Below, piece after piece: positions 62,805-64,000 of a DNA stretch of 64,000 bases. Below the pieces are notes generated by a model, which saw nothing but the letters and a program-made list of their open reading frames with translations, was not told the origin of the DNA and did not search any database. A program made the position numbers and the translations under genes. The stretch is from Geminicoccaceae bacterium (GTDB taxonomy: Bacteria; Pseudomonadota; Alphaproteobacteria; Geminicoccales; Geminicoccaceae), in assembly GCA_023512415.1 (NCBI GenBank), contig JAILZQ010000001.1, positions 20,008 through 84,007 of the forward strand. The letters run 5' to 3'. The stretch's first letter is position 1, and each line of letters starts with the position of its first letter.

Positions 62805-63103
62805 TCGCCGGCTGGCTCACGAGCCGACGCGTGCTCGAGGTCCCCTGCTCGCTCGATCTCGAGGAGAGCTTCGAGAGCCTGCACGCCTACGTCGATCTCG
62901 AAGGGGTCGAGATCGAGCCGGGCGACGAGGTGATCGTCCACGATCCGCCGACCGGCGTGCCCTATGGTGAGCGGCTCGTCTGGCGCGGCCGGGCGACGGT
63001 GATCAAGGCGAGCCCGCTCGAGCGCTTCTGGATCCGGCTCTCGAGCCGGCTCGAGCTCACCGAGCTCTACGAAGTCGGCTTCCAGACCTGGAGGACGCCA
63101 TGA
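62801..63103 (+). CDS. Small conserved PGC protein immediately upstream of acsF (BciE-like by position)
   Basis: 100 aa with ATGA overlaps on both sides (puhC stop and acsF start). Soluble, acidic. The assignment is by gene context only. Confidence 0.5.
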   Translation: MIAGWLTSRRVLEVPCSLDLEESFESLHAYVDLEGVEIEPGDEVIVHDPPTGVPYGERLVWRGRATVIKASPLERFWIRLSSRLELTELYEVGFQTWRTP

Positions 63104-64000
63104 GTATCCAGCTCCGCGAGCGGACGACCGCCGCACGGCCGATCAACGAAACGACCCGCAAGGCGCTCACCAACACGGTCTTGAGCCCGCGCTTCTACAC
63201 CACCGACTTCGCCGCGATGGACCGGCTCGACGTGAGCGCGGTACGGGCCGAGTGGGACGCGCTCATCGCCGAGATGCGCAGCGACCCCAACAAGGGCCAC
63301 TTCGTGCGCGATGCCGATTGGGACGAGGAGCGCCGCGAGCTCGCGCCCGAGCTCTACAAGGAGTTCATCGACTTCCTGGTGAGCTCGGTCACGGCCGAGT
63401 TCTCGGGCTGCGTGCTCTACGCCGAGACCAAGCGACGGATCGCCAATCCCGACATCCGCGAGTTGTTCGCCTTGATGGCGCGTGACGAATCACGGCACGC
63501 CGGGTTCATCAACGACACCCTCAAGGATTTCGGTGTCGGGGTCGACCTCGGCTTTCTCACCAAGGCCAAGAAGTATCACTTCTTCAAGCCGAAGTTCATC
63601 TTCTATGCGACCTATCTTTCCGAGAAGATCGGCTACGCACGCTACATCACGATCTACCGACTGCTCGAGCAGAATCCGGAGAACCGCTTCCATCCGATCT
63701 TCAAGTGGTTCAAGAACTGGTGCAACGACGAGTTCCGCCACGGTGAGGCGTTCGCCCTCTTGATGCGCGCCGATCCGAAGCTCACGAGCGGGATCAACAA
63801 GCTCTGGGTCAAGTTCTTCCTCCTGGCGGTCTACGCCACCATGTACGTGCGCGACCATGCGCGCCCGGAGCTGCACAAGGCCTTCGGGATCGATCCGACC
63901 GACTACGACTTCCGGGTGTTCCGGATCACGAACGAGATCTCGAAGCAGGTCTTCCCCTTGACCCTGCCGATCGACGACCCGCGCTTCAAGGCCGGGCTCG
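63100..64000 (+). CDS. acsF: Aerobic Mg-protoporphyrin IX monomethyl ester oxidative cyclase (5' part, runs off the window)
   Basis: My frame-1 translation from ATG 63100: [41 protein letters not shown]...[10 protein letters not shown]...[15 protein letters not shown]...[11 protein letters not shown]. These are the di-iron ExxH motifs of AcsF. The ORF is absent from the track because it has no stop in the window. Confidence 0.9.
   Translation, partial: MSIQLRERTTAARPINETTRKALTNTVLSPRFYTTDFAAMDRLDVSAVRAEWDALIAEMRSDPNKGHFVRDADWDEERRELAPELYKEFIDFLVSSVTAEFSGCVLYAETKRRIANPDIRELFALMARDESRHAGFINDTLKDFGVGVDLGFLTKAKKYHFFKPKFIFYATYLSEKIGYARYITIYRLLEQNPENRFHPIFKWFKNWCNDEFRHGEAFALLMRADPKLTSGINKLWVKFFLLAVYATMYVRDHARPELHKAFGIDPTDYDFRVFRITNEISKQVFPLTLPIDDPRFKAGL

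Overview
High-G+C window (typical 60-nt lines are about 70% G+C by hand count), almost fully coding. The gene content looks alphaproteobacterial, from a phototroph/methylotroph-like organism, but I cannot name the taxon. I see five modules.
(1) nt 1-14034: tetrahydromethanopterin (H4MPT)/methanofuran-linked formaldehyde oxidation and cofactor genes. These are fhcB, a PCD-like gene, mptG, mtdB, an ATP-grasp gene, mch, a RimK-like gene, a CitG-like gene, fae, a HisA/F-like gene, a hydantoinase-like gene, mfnB, fhcA and fhcD.
(2) 14031-16700: chrA, an AhpD/CMD-like gene and hsp20, which has a structured leader.
(3) 16889-37915: an exopolysaccharide locus. It holds a priming phosphotransferase, a 1707-aa multidomain glycanase-like protein, two GT-C-like membrane proteins, a decayed sugar-nucleotide dehydrogenase, a Wzy/O-antigen-ligase-like gene inside a low-G+C island, a Wzc-type tyrosine autokinase, and a BcsB-like/processive-GT2 operon.
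(4) 37999-39443: an iteron array, an AT-rich block and repA, i.e. a plasmid-type replication origin.
(5) 39435-64000: part of a photosynthesis gene cluster. On one side are bphO, a kinase-less bphP, two ppsR paralogues, tspO, bchP, a pucC-family gene, bchG and aerR. On the other are bchFNBHLM-lhaA-puhABC, a small ORF, and the 5' part of acsF.
No rRNA, tRNA, CRISPR, transposase or integrase was recognised.
The most notable observations are:
- the iteron origin plus rep gene between the EPS and photosynthesis modules;
- the MshEN-like (possible c-di-GMP receptor) N-terminus on the processive GT2 synthase;
- the leaderless giant cadherin-repeat/GH26-like protein;
- a ROSE-like leader on hsp20;
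- the decaying low-G+C patch of the EPS locus.
All calls rest on reading the supplied translations and the DNA by eye. No database search was run.
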